The notes beneath the pieces are model-generated. The model was not told the origin of the DNA and did not search any database. It saw only the letters and a list, made by a program, of their open reading frames with translations. The translations under genes and the position numbers were made by a program. 64,000 nt of DNA from Mobula hypostoma (lineage: Eukaryota): the NCBI RefSeq assembly GCF_963921235.1, contig NC_086118.1, forward strand, positions 16,370,001 through 16,434,000, read 5' to 3'. Positions 1 through 10,025 of this stretch are shown here, piece after piece. Position 1 is the stretch's first letter; the number at the start of each line of letters is the position of its first letter.

Positions 1-2150
1 GAGGAAAAGAAGGCAGTTCCCCCTCTCGAACCCTCCCCCATTCGATGGGGCCGGCCATATGGGGATTTGACATTGGATGAAAAGGCTAGTGCTTGGTTTA
101 CGGATGGCTGGAGCCGTTGTGTGTCGGGGCGCCAACAGTGGAAGGCCGCTGCTCTGTGGACCTCGGACGATGCTCAGTTAATACAAGAAGGAGGGGGCGG
201 ATCCATCAGCTGGTGGAACTTGTAGCGGTTACCCTGCCCTTTTCACTCCCCACCAAGGAAATTAGAATATATACTGACTTGTGGGCAGTGGCTAATGGAA
301 TGGCTATCTGAATGGTGAGTTGGCAGATGCACCAGTGGACGGTTCATAATAAACCTATCTGGGGCAAGGAATATTGGCAACAGGTACGGCAGGAGGCGCA
401 AAGGCACAACATTTATGTGTATGTCTGTGAAATCCGCATTCCAGTTCACGGTCTGGTTCATCGATCCTTATTCTAGGTTTTCCCATTTTTCCTTGTTCCA
501 TTGGGTGCCTTAATGGAGGCACCTGATTCTCATTTTGGGCTGGCACATAAATACCTCTGAAAACCAAGGTTTCCCTGCTGGACTGTTCCTTTCCCCTCCC
601 TATCCAAATCCCTGACAGTTACCTCGGCAGTTTCCCTCAACAAGTATCCCCGGCAGCCATTCTGGTCCTGCGTACTAGAGGGTCCCGGCCCTGCGCTCCA
701 AGGAGGGTCCTAGCCCTGCACTCCAAGGAGGGCCCCTGCTCTGTACCCAAGAGCCTAATCAAGCCGAGTCCAAGAACCGAGCCAAACCTAGTCCAAGAGC
801 CACTTCCTGCTCAGGAAGTTCCTTGTCCGGCCCAGGAGTACCTCGTCTAGTCCAAGCCACGTCCAAGAACCTCATCCTGTCCAAGTCAAGGCTTTGTATT
901 CTCATCCTGTCCATGTGCCTTGTCCTGTGCAGGAGTTCCACGTCCAGTCCTGTAGCCTAGCCACATCCAGGCCTGTAGCCATGTCTTGTCTTCGCCTTGA
1001 TCCGGGGTCTGCGTCCGAGTCAAGACCCAGGTTCTGGGTCCCTATCCAGTCTCCGGTTCAGAGTCCTAGCCCAGTTTCCTAGTTCCAAGTTCCTACTGTT
1101 CTGGTCCCATTTTCCTAGTTTTAGTCCTAGCCCAGGCCCGGTGTCCTTGTCTCGTCCAGGGCCTGTGTCCTTGTCCAGCATCATTTCTTCCTGAATCCCC
1201 TTGCTTTCTTGATAAACCTTGTCCTGTTCCTAGTACTTCAGTGTCCGTGTCTTGCGTTTGGGTCTGCTCCCAACACCCCCTTATGACAGTGTATCACGTG
1301 AATGCTCACCAAAAGGACATTAGCCTTACGACACTCTACAATAATCAAATAGACGGATTGGCTGCGGTATCTGCTATTACAGTGCCTCTAGTTAGTTGGG
1401 CCCACGAACAGTCTGGCCATCTCGGGGAGTGTTGGAGTGTCCTATTTGTCAGCAAATCCAGCCTCGCTCTGTCCCGCGTGGACCTTTCACCCATATTTAG
1501 AGAGGCTCCGTACCGGCTAAAGTATGGCAGATTGATTACATTGGACCCCTGCCCCCACACAAGAATGATAAATATGTGTTGACAATGGTGGACACTTATT
1601 CTGGATTCCTGTTGGCCGGACCCTTTCCTAGTGCCAGTCGGGAGTCCACTATTCGGGGGGTGGAATACCTGATGTCACATTATGGCACACCCCAGGAAAT
1701 ACAGTCAGATAATGGATCCCATTTTATAGGGCAACAGATCCAGGATTGGGCAAAAGAGCGAGGTATTTATTGGGTCCACCATATACCTTATTACCCCCAG
1801 GCAGCTGGCTTGGTTGAACGATTAAATGGACTTTTGAAGCAGCAGATTCGATTGATGACCCCCACCCACACTATGAAAGGATGGCATTCAGTGCTGCAAC
1901 AAATGTTGAACGTTCTGAACAATCGACCACAAACGGGGTTTTCCCCTATTTCCCGTTTGATTCAGACTTGATAAAGCCTGTGTATTTTAGAGGGGACTAC
2001 CACGGGTGAGATAAGTGAGTAGCTAGTAAAGTATGGGTGACAGGGCCAAGAGGGGAATGACAGAAGGGGAAAATAGTAGCCCCCGCACAGGGCAACACTC
2101 AATGGGTCGCTATAGAAGGACAGGAGGAATTGCAATGTTTGAATTCTGAA
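1..2150 (+). pseudogene. pol: Class III (ERV-L/ERV-S-like) retroviral pol 3' part: RNase H + integrase, frameshifted, split by a solo LTR at 422-1288
   Basis: AWFTDG (frame 1 near 90), IYTDLWAVANGMAI, IWGKEYWQ and, after removing the insert, HNIYVYHVNAHQ (RNase H). WAHEQSGHLG zinc-binding motif. ORF 1576-1971 has VDTYSG, SDNGSHF, HIPYYPQAAGLVERLNGLLK (DDE core). These motifs are typical of ERV-L/S pol. Confidence 0.9.
422..1288. mobile_element. Solo LTR (867 bp) inserted in the ERV RNase H
   Basis: Starts TGTC, ends GACA. Perfect 5-bp TSD GTGTA at 417-421 and 1289-1293. Removal restores the frame IYVYHVNAH. Short internal direct repeats (ctccaaggaggg; gtccaag). Confidence 0.85.
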
Positions 2151-3007
2151 TGCCTGACAGCTCGGAACTAGAACTGATGTTTTCTTGAGTACTACAGACC
2201 GATGGCTGGAAGGCTGCTGTGGTACATTGCTCTATTAGGGGCACTTCAGGGGAAGACCCTAGGGTCTGAGCTTGGAACCCCTCCCCAGACAATCATAAAA
2301 GAAAATGGAACCTTATGCGATCAATATAGGTGATCTCCCAATTCAATGAGTTGTACAGACGCTCTGTCTAAGCCGCGAAGACAACACCCTTGGTCCATGT
2401 GTCACTGTTGGGAGTTGCGGATTCCCTCTGCTGTCCCTCTTTGTCGATGGATATGGACTGAGGAGGTCTGGACGGTGCGACCTCGTCATAGGATTGAGGA
2501 CTTTGATGATAGTATCGAGCATCGAAATATATTTTTGAGAATGAGTTATGAATATGTTGTACGACTGAATGCATGAAAGTGTTGGGTGTATTCAATGGGA
2601 CCGTTGCATGCATTGGAAGGGACCCCCGTGATCCAAATACCCTTCACGGTTAAGGAAGAATGGGCTTGGCGTGCATTTAATAAACACTCTAGGATGACTA
2701 TAGTCCCCACCACTACCTCAGATACAGTTGTTGGGGGACATGTCATTGACCCAAGTATAAAACAGATTCCAATACAATGGATACACCGAACCACTGTGTT
2801 CGAAGGGTGGGTTTTGCCCCTGTATGATATGACTTAGATGCCCCCTACATTTACAGTATCCCTTCACATACGAGGTTTTGAGTGTTTCTGTAAATACAGA
2901 GGTCAAATACAGTTGGGGATTAGTTCTTGTACTGGGATCACTACTGTAATTCCCGATCGGATACCATTGGTCTTACGAACACTAAATGGCACATATTGGA
3001 TTTGTGG
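2150..3007 (+). pseudogene. env: ERV env SU portion (degenerate), cut at 3007
   Basis: Follows integrase. Ends ...LRTLNGTYWICG, which joins in frame to DNAYPWLP at 10025 (- strand) through TSD GTGG. 5' boundary approximate. Confidence 0.75.
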
Positions 3008-4019
3008 TGTTACGTACCCCATAATGGGTTAAAGAACCAGCAGAAATGGAAAACAGCTTGGAGTCTGGTATTGCTATTCACTAAAGCTCGTTTATTAGTA
3101 ACTACATAATACAGTAATGTAAATTCAGATATATCAACCAGGTTAGCAATGATAATATTGTTACGAGAATACACATAAAATTAAGATGTTTGCTGGCCTG
3201 GGCTAGCATCAGTGGCATCAGCAGTTGGTCTGCCACCTGCCCTCAGGGGAAGGAGAGATAAGGAACAATGGAGCAGCGTCTGGAGATGTGTAATGAAGGG
3301 ATGTGGGAGGAAGAGCTGTCTGGAGCGGCTCCCCCCTTTGAACCCTGAACTGTTTGAAGTGATGGACAGGCGATACCCCAGCAGGGGGATAAAAAGGGAC
3401 AGGTTCGCTAAGACAGACACACGCCACCCGAGGTAACGAGACCCTGGAAGCGGTGCGCCTCTCACGAGTGGGTGAGAAGTATCGGACAACGCACAGGGTG
3501 GAAAGGTACAATCAGCGGGAACCCGGTGTGTGTCCGCCCTTGCCTGGGTGCCGGGTTCACTGCAGAGGATCGACCGCATCTGGAGGAGGGGTCACAGTCG
3601 GTGACCTCAGGTGACATCACCAAGGACCCGCCCAAAAGTTGTTTGTGAGCAATCTCGCTGGTCTGTGAGTGAAGCTGTGCTGAATGATGAGTTGTTCCTA
3701 TTCTATGTCTCTCTTCCCCCAACTTGTCCATCGCCATGGCAACGATTACTGCGAACTGAACTACAAACTGGACTGAACTTTGAGTCATTTTGAAATTGGT
3801 CATTTACCCCTAGACAACGATAGAGCTTGATTGATGCTGTTATCTTAATTCTGTGCACATGTGTGGTTATCATTGTTGAATTGTTGCATTTATTATCCTT
3901 TCGATTACTGTGTTGCTTGTTTCTTTAATAAAACTTTCTTAGTTCTAGTACTCCAGACTCCAACTGAGTGATCCATTTCTGCTGGTTTGGCAACCCAGTT
4001 ACGGGGTACGTAACATAAG

Positions 4020-4038
4020 TGGGGTTCTCGTCCGCGAT
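4020..4038 (+). promoter_or_regulatory. Primer-binding site, tRNA-Pro-like
   Basis: TGGGGTTCTCGTCCGCGAT 4 nt after the LTR, resembling the tRNA-Pro PBS TGGGGGCTCGTCCGGGAT. Confidence 0.75.
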
Positions 4039-4114
4039 TTTGAACGCTAAATTTGGGACGGAGTAAATTGATTGGGTTAAAATTCCCGAAAGAAAGAAAA
4101 GACAAACAGCAGAA

Positions 4115-7069
4115 ATGGAGGTTGAGGAATTTATAAAGGCGCCGACCTTGGAGGCATTAGAGGATGCCAGGAAATCGGAATTGATAGCTGTGGCCAAACG
4201 GGTGAATCTTGCCAAGGTGAAGTCGACAATGAGGAGAGAGGAGATACACAGAGCTATTGTAGAGCACTATGTATCTAAAGGTGTGTTTCCCCAAGGTGAG
4301 CTGGGGGTGGTGTCTATTGAAAAACCTGCTGGAGACGCGGTACAGGTACAGCTTGAAAAACTGAGACTCGAGCACGAGTTCCGGGTACGGCAGTTAGAAC
4401 ACGAAGAGAAGCAGTTAGAAAGGCAGGAGAGAGAGTTAGAAAGGCGGGAGAAAGAGAGAGAGTTAGAAAGGCGGGAGAAAGAGAGAGAGTTAGAAAGGCG
4501 GGAGAGAGAGAAAGAGGTAGAAAGGCAAGAGAGAGAGAAAGAGGTAGAAAGGCAAGAGAGAGAAAGACAGTTGGAGAGAGAAGAGAGAGAGAGGGACAGA
4601 CAGTTGGAGAGAGAGGAGAAACAGAGGGAAAGGGAATTTGAGCTGGAGAAGTTAAAGATAAGGGCCGAGCAGGGGCTCGTGCCGAACCAAGGTGGAGGGT
4701 TCCGGGCGACCCAGGAGGTTAGGCTGGTTCCCCCATTTGACGATACCGATGTGGATCGGTACTTTCTCCACTTCGAAAAAGTAGCTATAAGTCAGGACTG
4801 GCCGAGGGATAAGTGGGTTGTTTTACTTCAGAGTGTACTGAAAGGGAAAGCCCAACAAGCTTACTCCGCTTTATCCGCGGAAGATGCCCAGAAGTATGAG
4901 GTGGTGAAGGAGGCCATCCTCAGGATTTATGAGTTGGTCCCGGAGGCATACCGGCAGAGGTTCCGGAATGCGAGGAAGCGGTGGGACCGCACGTATTTGG
5001 AGTTTGCTCGCGAGATGCAAACATATTGTGAGCGTTGGTGCGCCTCGAAAGGGGTAGAGGGGGATTATGACAGACTGCTGCAGCTGATTCTGATTGAGCA
5101 GTTTAAAGGTTGTGTCCCTGAGGGTATGAGACCCTACCTCGATGAGAAAGAGGCAGCCACGTTAGCCGCAACTGCTAAGTTAGCGGATGAGTATGCGTTG
5201 ACGCATAAAATGAAGGTTGCCCCGAGTAAAGGCTACCAGAAGGGTAGTCAGGACGGCGGGGAGAGTCCACCGGAAAAGTCAGAAAGTAAGCCGGGGACTA
5301 GTGAAAAGGATAAGGTAGACCGGGAGCAGTCTGGTAGGAAGTCTCCTGGGGTCGTCTGTTATAATTGTGGGAAAGCCGGACACTTTGCGTCCAGGTGCTT
5401 TGCCCCAAGAAAGGAGACGGGGAAAGGAAAAGCGGAAATTTTGAATGGCTGTATCGAGCTGTTAAGCGAACCGCTAGGGAAGGACAGGTCTGAAAAAGTC
5501 CAGGAAGGGCGCGAGAGGTTTATCTCGGCCGGACTGGTGTCAGTGAAGGAGAGGTTAAAACCAGTTCCAGTGCGGATCTGGAGAGACACGGGAGCGTGTC
5601 AGTCACTAATACTGAAGAGTGTATTAGAGTTTAGCTCAGAGACCCAGACTGGGGAGGTAGAGGTCAAAGGTGTTGGGAAAGGGACAGAGTCAGTCCCTTT
5701 GCACCAGATACACTTACAGAGCAACCTGGTCTCTGGACTAGTCACGATCGGGGTGAGGTCCGAATTACCGATGAAAGACGTGGAAGTCTTGCTCGGTAAT
5801 GACATCGCCGGAGGAATCGTGTTCCCAGTTGTGAGATTGACGGGTCAGCCTGCCAGCATGGAGGCCCCGCCCGCGATGGTGAATTTGGCTGAAACATTTC
5901 TGCCAACCTTGTATGAGACAGGGTGTAGTGAGATAAGAGGTAGTGAGAGAGCTGGGACGGACGTAGCAGTAGCCAGGAAAGAATTTGTGCAGACGCAGGA
6001 GCGAGACAAGGGGCTGATGGGTTTTGCAGAGACAGCTCTCTCTGACACAGCCTTGACAAGGGAACTAGTAGGCTATTGTGCGGATGAGGAAGTGCTAAGG
6101 AAGAAAGGGAAATCAAGTACAGTACCCGCAGATGAGGAATGGGGGGTGGTGCAAAAGAGTTATGGGGATGAGGTTTTTAACATGGCCCACGAGGTACCCC
6201 CCGGTGGACATTTTGCGGTGCTGGAGGAAACAGTTGGTGGAATCATGAAAGAGAGTTACCGGCTGCCCAGGGGGAAAAATGTTATTGATCATGACCGACG
6301 CGAACTGAGACGTTCACCGGCTTTTGATATGCTAACAAACCTAGTCGGTGTTAGCGTGGAAATCAATGAAGCTAGGGGCCCCTTGATAAGAGGAAAAAAC
6401 CATTTTGAAAAGATTAGGATGGGATCGGTCAGATGGGAGAAGGCTATTGTTTTGGCCAGGTCTACTGATAAGGTCTCTCCCTTAATCCCCGAAGGAGTAA
6501 TTAAACGACTCGCACCCATGTGTTTGATTGTCCCGAGGAAATGCAAAGAACTGGGACGTTGGGTTATGTCTGTTACAATAGGGCAGCCAAGTAAACAACA
6601 CCCATATTTTTCGAGTAATTCAGTGACTAAAGGGCTGATGAACACAGAGGTGTGTATTGGCAATTTAACACGGCTGTCTGAAGCCAGTTTGATAGTGAAC
6701 CTTGAAAAAAATGAATTCGGCCACACGAGAGTCACTTACCTGGGAATTGTGGTGACACAGGGGCAGCTGGCAGTGATGCAAGCTACAGTGCAGGCTATCG
6801 CTGACCTCCCAACCCCGACAGACAAGAGGGCCCTCAGAAGGCTTTTGGAGATGGTGGGGTACTGCAGGAAGTTTTGCAATAACTCTGCGGTCAATACCCG
6901 TCCCCCTCCTACTAAGCCCTTGCGAGAGAAAATTGAGTCGGAATGGGACGACCCTTGTTGTTGTGGTCCGGGACAAAACCAAATGAGAGGTTACATTGGT
7001 CGCAATTCATCAGTGTTTTTGGCCACTCTGAAGTTTGCTGAGTTGGAGCCTGGTCTAAGGGATTATTAA
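4115..7069 (+). CDS. 984-aa Gag-protease polyprotein with remnant integrase/RT/RNase H pieces
   Basis: Uninterrupted ORF. ERELERREK coiled-coil repeats, capsid/SCAN-like region (LILIEQFK), zinc knuckle CYNCGKAGHFASRC, protease WRDTGA...LLGND. Then AHEVPPGGHF (IN N-terminus only) and RT C-terminal VNLEKNEFG...VTYLG with no YxDD. Confidence 0.9.
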   Translation: MEVEEFIKAPTLEALEDARKSELIAVAKRVNLAKVKSTMRREEIHRAIVEHYVSKGVFPQGELGVVSIEKPAGDAVQVQLEKLRLEHEFRVRQLEHEEKQLERQERELERREKERELERREKERELERREREKEVERQEREKEVERQERERQLEREERERDRQLEREEKQREREFELEKLKIRAEQGLVPNQGGGFRATQEVRLVPPFDDTDVDRYFLHFEKVAISQDWPRDKWVVLLQSVLKGKAQQAYSALSAEDAQKYEVVKEAILRIYELVPEAYRQRFRNARKRWDRTYLEFAREMQTYCERWCASKGVEGDYDRLLQLILIEQFKGCVPEGMRPYLDEKEAATLAATAKLADEYALTHKMKVAPSKGYQKGSQDGGESPPEKSESKPGTSEKDKVDREQSGRKSPGVVCYNCGKAGHFASRCFAPRKETGKGKAEILNGCIELLSEPLGKDRSEKVQEGRERFISAGLVSVKERLKPVPVRIWRDTGACQSLILKSVLEFSSETQTGEVEVKGVGKGTESVPLHQIHLQSNLVSGLVTIGVRSELPMKDVEVLLGNDIAGGIVFPVVRLTGQPASMEAPPAMVNLAETFLPTLYETGCSEIRGSERAGTDVAVARKEFVQTQERDKGLMGFAETALSDTALTRELVGYCADEEVLRKKGKSSTVPADEEWGVVQKSYGDEVFNMAHEVPPGGHFAVLEETVGGIMKESYRLPRGKNVIDHDRRELRRSPAFDMLTNLVGVSVEINEARGPLIRGKNHFEKIRMGSVRWEKAIVLARSTDKVSPLIPEGVIKRLAPMCLIVPRKCKELGRWVMSVTIGQPSKQHPYFSSNSVTKGLMNTEVCIGNLTRLSEASLIVNLEKNEFGHTRVTYLGIVVTQGQLAVMQATVQAIADLPTPTDKRALRRLLEMVGYCRKFCNNSAVNTRPPPTKPLREKIESEWDDPCCCGPGQNQMRGYIGRNSSVFLATLKFAELEPGLRDY

Positions 7070-8747
7070 TAACACGTGTAAAAGGAACAGAAAATGTGAT
7101 GACTGTCTGTCAAGGTGTTGACAGTTTCAAATTCTCTGTATTAGCTAAATAACTGTTAAAGATGTATATTGTGTATGTATCAGATAATGTAGTCATGTTT
7201 GTAATTTTTACCTCCCGGTAAAAATCCTTAAAGGGGGGAAGTGTTACGAGAATACACATAAAATTAAGATGTTTGCTGGCCTGGGCTAGCATCAGTGGCA
7301 TCAGCAGTTGGTCTGCCACCTGCCCTCAGGGGAAGGAGAGATAAGGAACAATGGAGCAGCGTCTGGAGATGTGTAATGAAGGGATGTGGGAGGAAGAGCT
7401 GTCTGGAGCGGCTCCCCCCTTTGAACCCTGAACTGTTTGAAGTGATGGACAGGCGATACCCCAGCAGGAGGATAAAAAGGGACAGGTTCGCTAAGACAGA
7501 CACACGCCACCCGAGGTAACGAGACCCTGGAAGCGGTGCGCCTCTCACGAGTGGGTGAGAAGTATCGGACAACGCACAGGGTGGAAAGGTACAATCAGCG
7601 GGAACCCGGTGTGTGTCCGCCCTTGCCTGGGTGCCGGGTTCACTGCAGAGGATCGACCGCATCTGGAGGAGGGGTCACAGTCGGTGACCTCAGGTGACAT
7701 CACCAAGGACCCGCCCAAAAGTTGTTTGTGAGCAATCTCGCTGGTCTGTGAGTGAAGCTGTGCTGAATGATGAGTTGTTCCTATTCTATGTCTCTCTTCC
7801 CCCACCTTGTCCATCGCCATGGCAACGATTACTGCGAACTGAACTACAAACTGGACTGAACTTTGAGTCATTTTGAAATTGGTCATTTACCCCTAGACAA
7901 CGATAGAGCTTGATTGATGCTGTTATCTTAATTCTGTGCACATGTGTGGTTATCATTGTTGAATTGTTGCATTTATTATCCTTTCGATTACTGTGTTGCT
8001 TGTTTCTTTAATAAAACTTTCTTAGTTCTAGTACTCCAGACTCCAACTGAGTGATCCATTTCTGCTGGTTTGGCAACCCAGTTACGGGGTACGTAACAAT
8101 ATATATAAGTGTGGAAATAATAGAGCCAAGCTTCTTCGAGCTTAGGAGGTAATTGGATACAGTCTTACAATGATAGGTAGATTTCAATTCGTATTATTGA
8201 AGGGAGTAGTGTTGGAGAAAGAGAGAGACTTGTTTAGTTCTTCAGGTAAGCTGAAGCCGTCGATCCTCCATTGTCCTCCGAAATCCCTTCAAAGTCACTG
8301 AATGTGACCACAAAATGGAGACCATCTTCTGTAGTGAAGTTATCAACCCAGGTGAGGGTTAGACACACTAATAACTTCCCACTGATCACCCCTTTTCCAC
8401 ACTGCGAGAGCCACTGATCGATTCTCCTGATCGATCCTCCAAAAACCCACCTTTCTGTGGGCACAACAAAGCTCATCCAGTGTCCAAAACCATGTGTGTG
8501 TGTGTGTGTAACAACCAGCTGAACTTGTATTTATCTCAGTATGCTGAACACCAGCTGTCCATCACGTAGCTCCTCCTCTCTCTCTCTCTGTAGGAACTCA
8601 AAAGCTGGCAGTGTCCTTGCAGCAATCCCAAACAAACTGTGAGTAGTCTTCACCCCCTCTCTCTCTGTAACAAGCTGTTTGTGCTGTACAGCTGCACACT
8701 CTCTCTCTCTCTTTAAAGGCACAGTCCATAAGGGATAATTCAGGATC

Positions 8748-8903
8748 TGCTTAGCAGGTTTTTTTTTTGTTATCACAAAATTTTTTTTCAATCTTAAGAT
8801 AATGTTTTTTCTGAGACATTGTAAGTGTTGTTACTTCAATGTACTCATGTTATTTTTCCTGTATAATATAGCAATAAAAAGATTTGAAAAGAATGAAAAG
8901 AAA
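8748..8903 (+). mobile_element. Short 5'-truncated LINE (L1-like) 3' tail
   Basis: AATAAA plus A-rich tail, flanked by 6-bp TSD AGGATC (8742-8747, 8904-8909). Confidence 0.6.
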
Positions 8904-8943
8904 AGGATCCCGTCACACCTCCTTCCCTTTCAGAAAAAATTTG

Positions 8944-9339
8944 ACCACAGAAGAACGGTCCCCTTTGTTGTGGTCACAGTCGGTGACTTTTAAAGGAATT
9001 CGGAGGACAACGGGAAGATCGACGGTGTCAGCTCACCTGAAGACTCAAATCTCTCTCTCCATCACTACTCAACTCAATACCACGAACTGAACTGAACTTT
9101 ACTCATCATCGTAAGACTATTTATTTACCCCTAGACTTGAAGAAGCTTGTTTTTCATATATTTCCACACTGACTGATATACTTACATATATATAATCATT
9201 GCTAATCTGTTTGATTTATCTGCATTTATATTACTGTATTGCGTAGTTACTAATAAATACCATTAGTTAATAGCAATACTGGACTCCAAAATGTTTTCCA
9301 TTTCTGCTGGTTCTTTAACCTGTCATGGGGTATGTGACA
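8944..9339 (+). mobile_element. 3' half of Gmr1-family LTR C
   Basis: Homologous to the second half of LTR B. Ends ggggtatgtgaCA, followed by CCTG, the partner of the TSD at 18912-18915. Confidence 0.8.
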
Positions 9340-10025
9340 CCTGAAAGCGATTATAGCAGTACATATCGACTTAAACACATGCACAATATCTACTATAACA
9401 ACTAGTAGTATTACAATCCATATTACCCATTGCAGTATCTTATGTCCGATGCCCCCAAAGGTGTTAGATAACCAGGAAAAGGGTCTCCACTCCAGAGAAG
9501 GAGGTCTGTGGAGTTGTTGGCCCCAAACAGTCAACTTAGCCGACGCCATTAGAATATGGTCTGCTAAATCAGTAATATTCTCACTTTCGTCCAGAATGTA
9601 AGTACAACATTCTTGACTGATTATTGCCCAAGTTCCTCCCTGCTTTGCTAGCAAAAGATCCAATGCCATCCGATTTTGCAGGGCCACTGTACAGATAGCA
9701 ACTAACTCGGCATTAACCATCTGAAACTTGTTACTAGTCTGGGCTAAAGCTAGGGCGGTTTCATCGGTTAATTTTCTCATTGCATCAGATAAATGAATCA
9801 CCTCTCGGGAAATACGGGCGGTACCATAAAAGGGAATCAATATAAGCGAGAAACCATCAGATTTGGTAATGTGCCTACGAGGGTCACGAGAGTCACGAGG
9901 GTACCTTGTCTTAATATATGGACGGCCTGTGAGAGAATACAAATGATGATAGTAAGGTACAGAATAAGCAAGGTAACAACAACCTTTCCAAGCATGGGGT
10001 AGCCAAGGGTAAGCATTGTCACCAC
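9340..10025 (-). pseudogene. env: ERV env SU C-terminus + TM (gamma-type), open frame
   Basis: GDNAYPWLPHAWKGCCYL; basic cleavage region RYPR..RDPRR; hydrophobic fusion peptide; ISD LQNRMALDLLLAKQGG; CX6CC with first C changed to W (WAIISQECC); TM ILQWVIWIVILLVVIV. Confidence 0.9.

Larger units (their letters stand above)
3159..8098 (+). mobile_element. Young Gmr1-like Gypsy LTR retrotransposon A (internally deleted, non-autonomous)
   Basis: 857-bp LTRs 3159-4015 and 7242-8098 (TGTTACG...CGTAACA), only about 2 differences seen by eye. 4-bp TSD ATAT (3155-3158, 8099-8102). tRNA-Pro-like PBS. PPT aaaggggggaag at 7230-7241. Confidence 0.95.
3008..8917 (-). mobile_element. 3' LTR of Gmr1-like Gypsy element B, interrupted by element A (3159-8098) and a short LINE tail (8748-8903)
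   Basis: 3008-3158 + 8103-8747 + 8910-8917 is the reverse complement of LTR 10026-10748. Followed by the reverse-complement PPT cctccttcccttt at 8918-8930. Confidence 0.85.

Noticed and set aside
4400..4640. CRISPR-like repeat array
   Set aside because: Contiguous coding minisatellite without unique spacers, in eukaryotic DNA with no cas genes.
4115..7069. Domesticated host gene (SCAN/PNMA-like)
   Set aside because: Flanked by near-identical LTRs, PBS, PPT and TSD, so it is a recent mobile copy.
3181..7886. Duplicated small ORFs at 3181-3803 and 7264-7886
   Set aside because: They are incidental frames in the two LTR copies.
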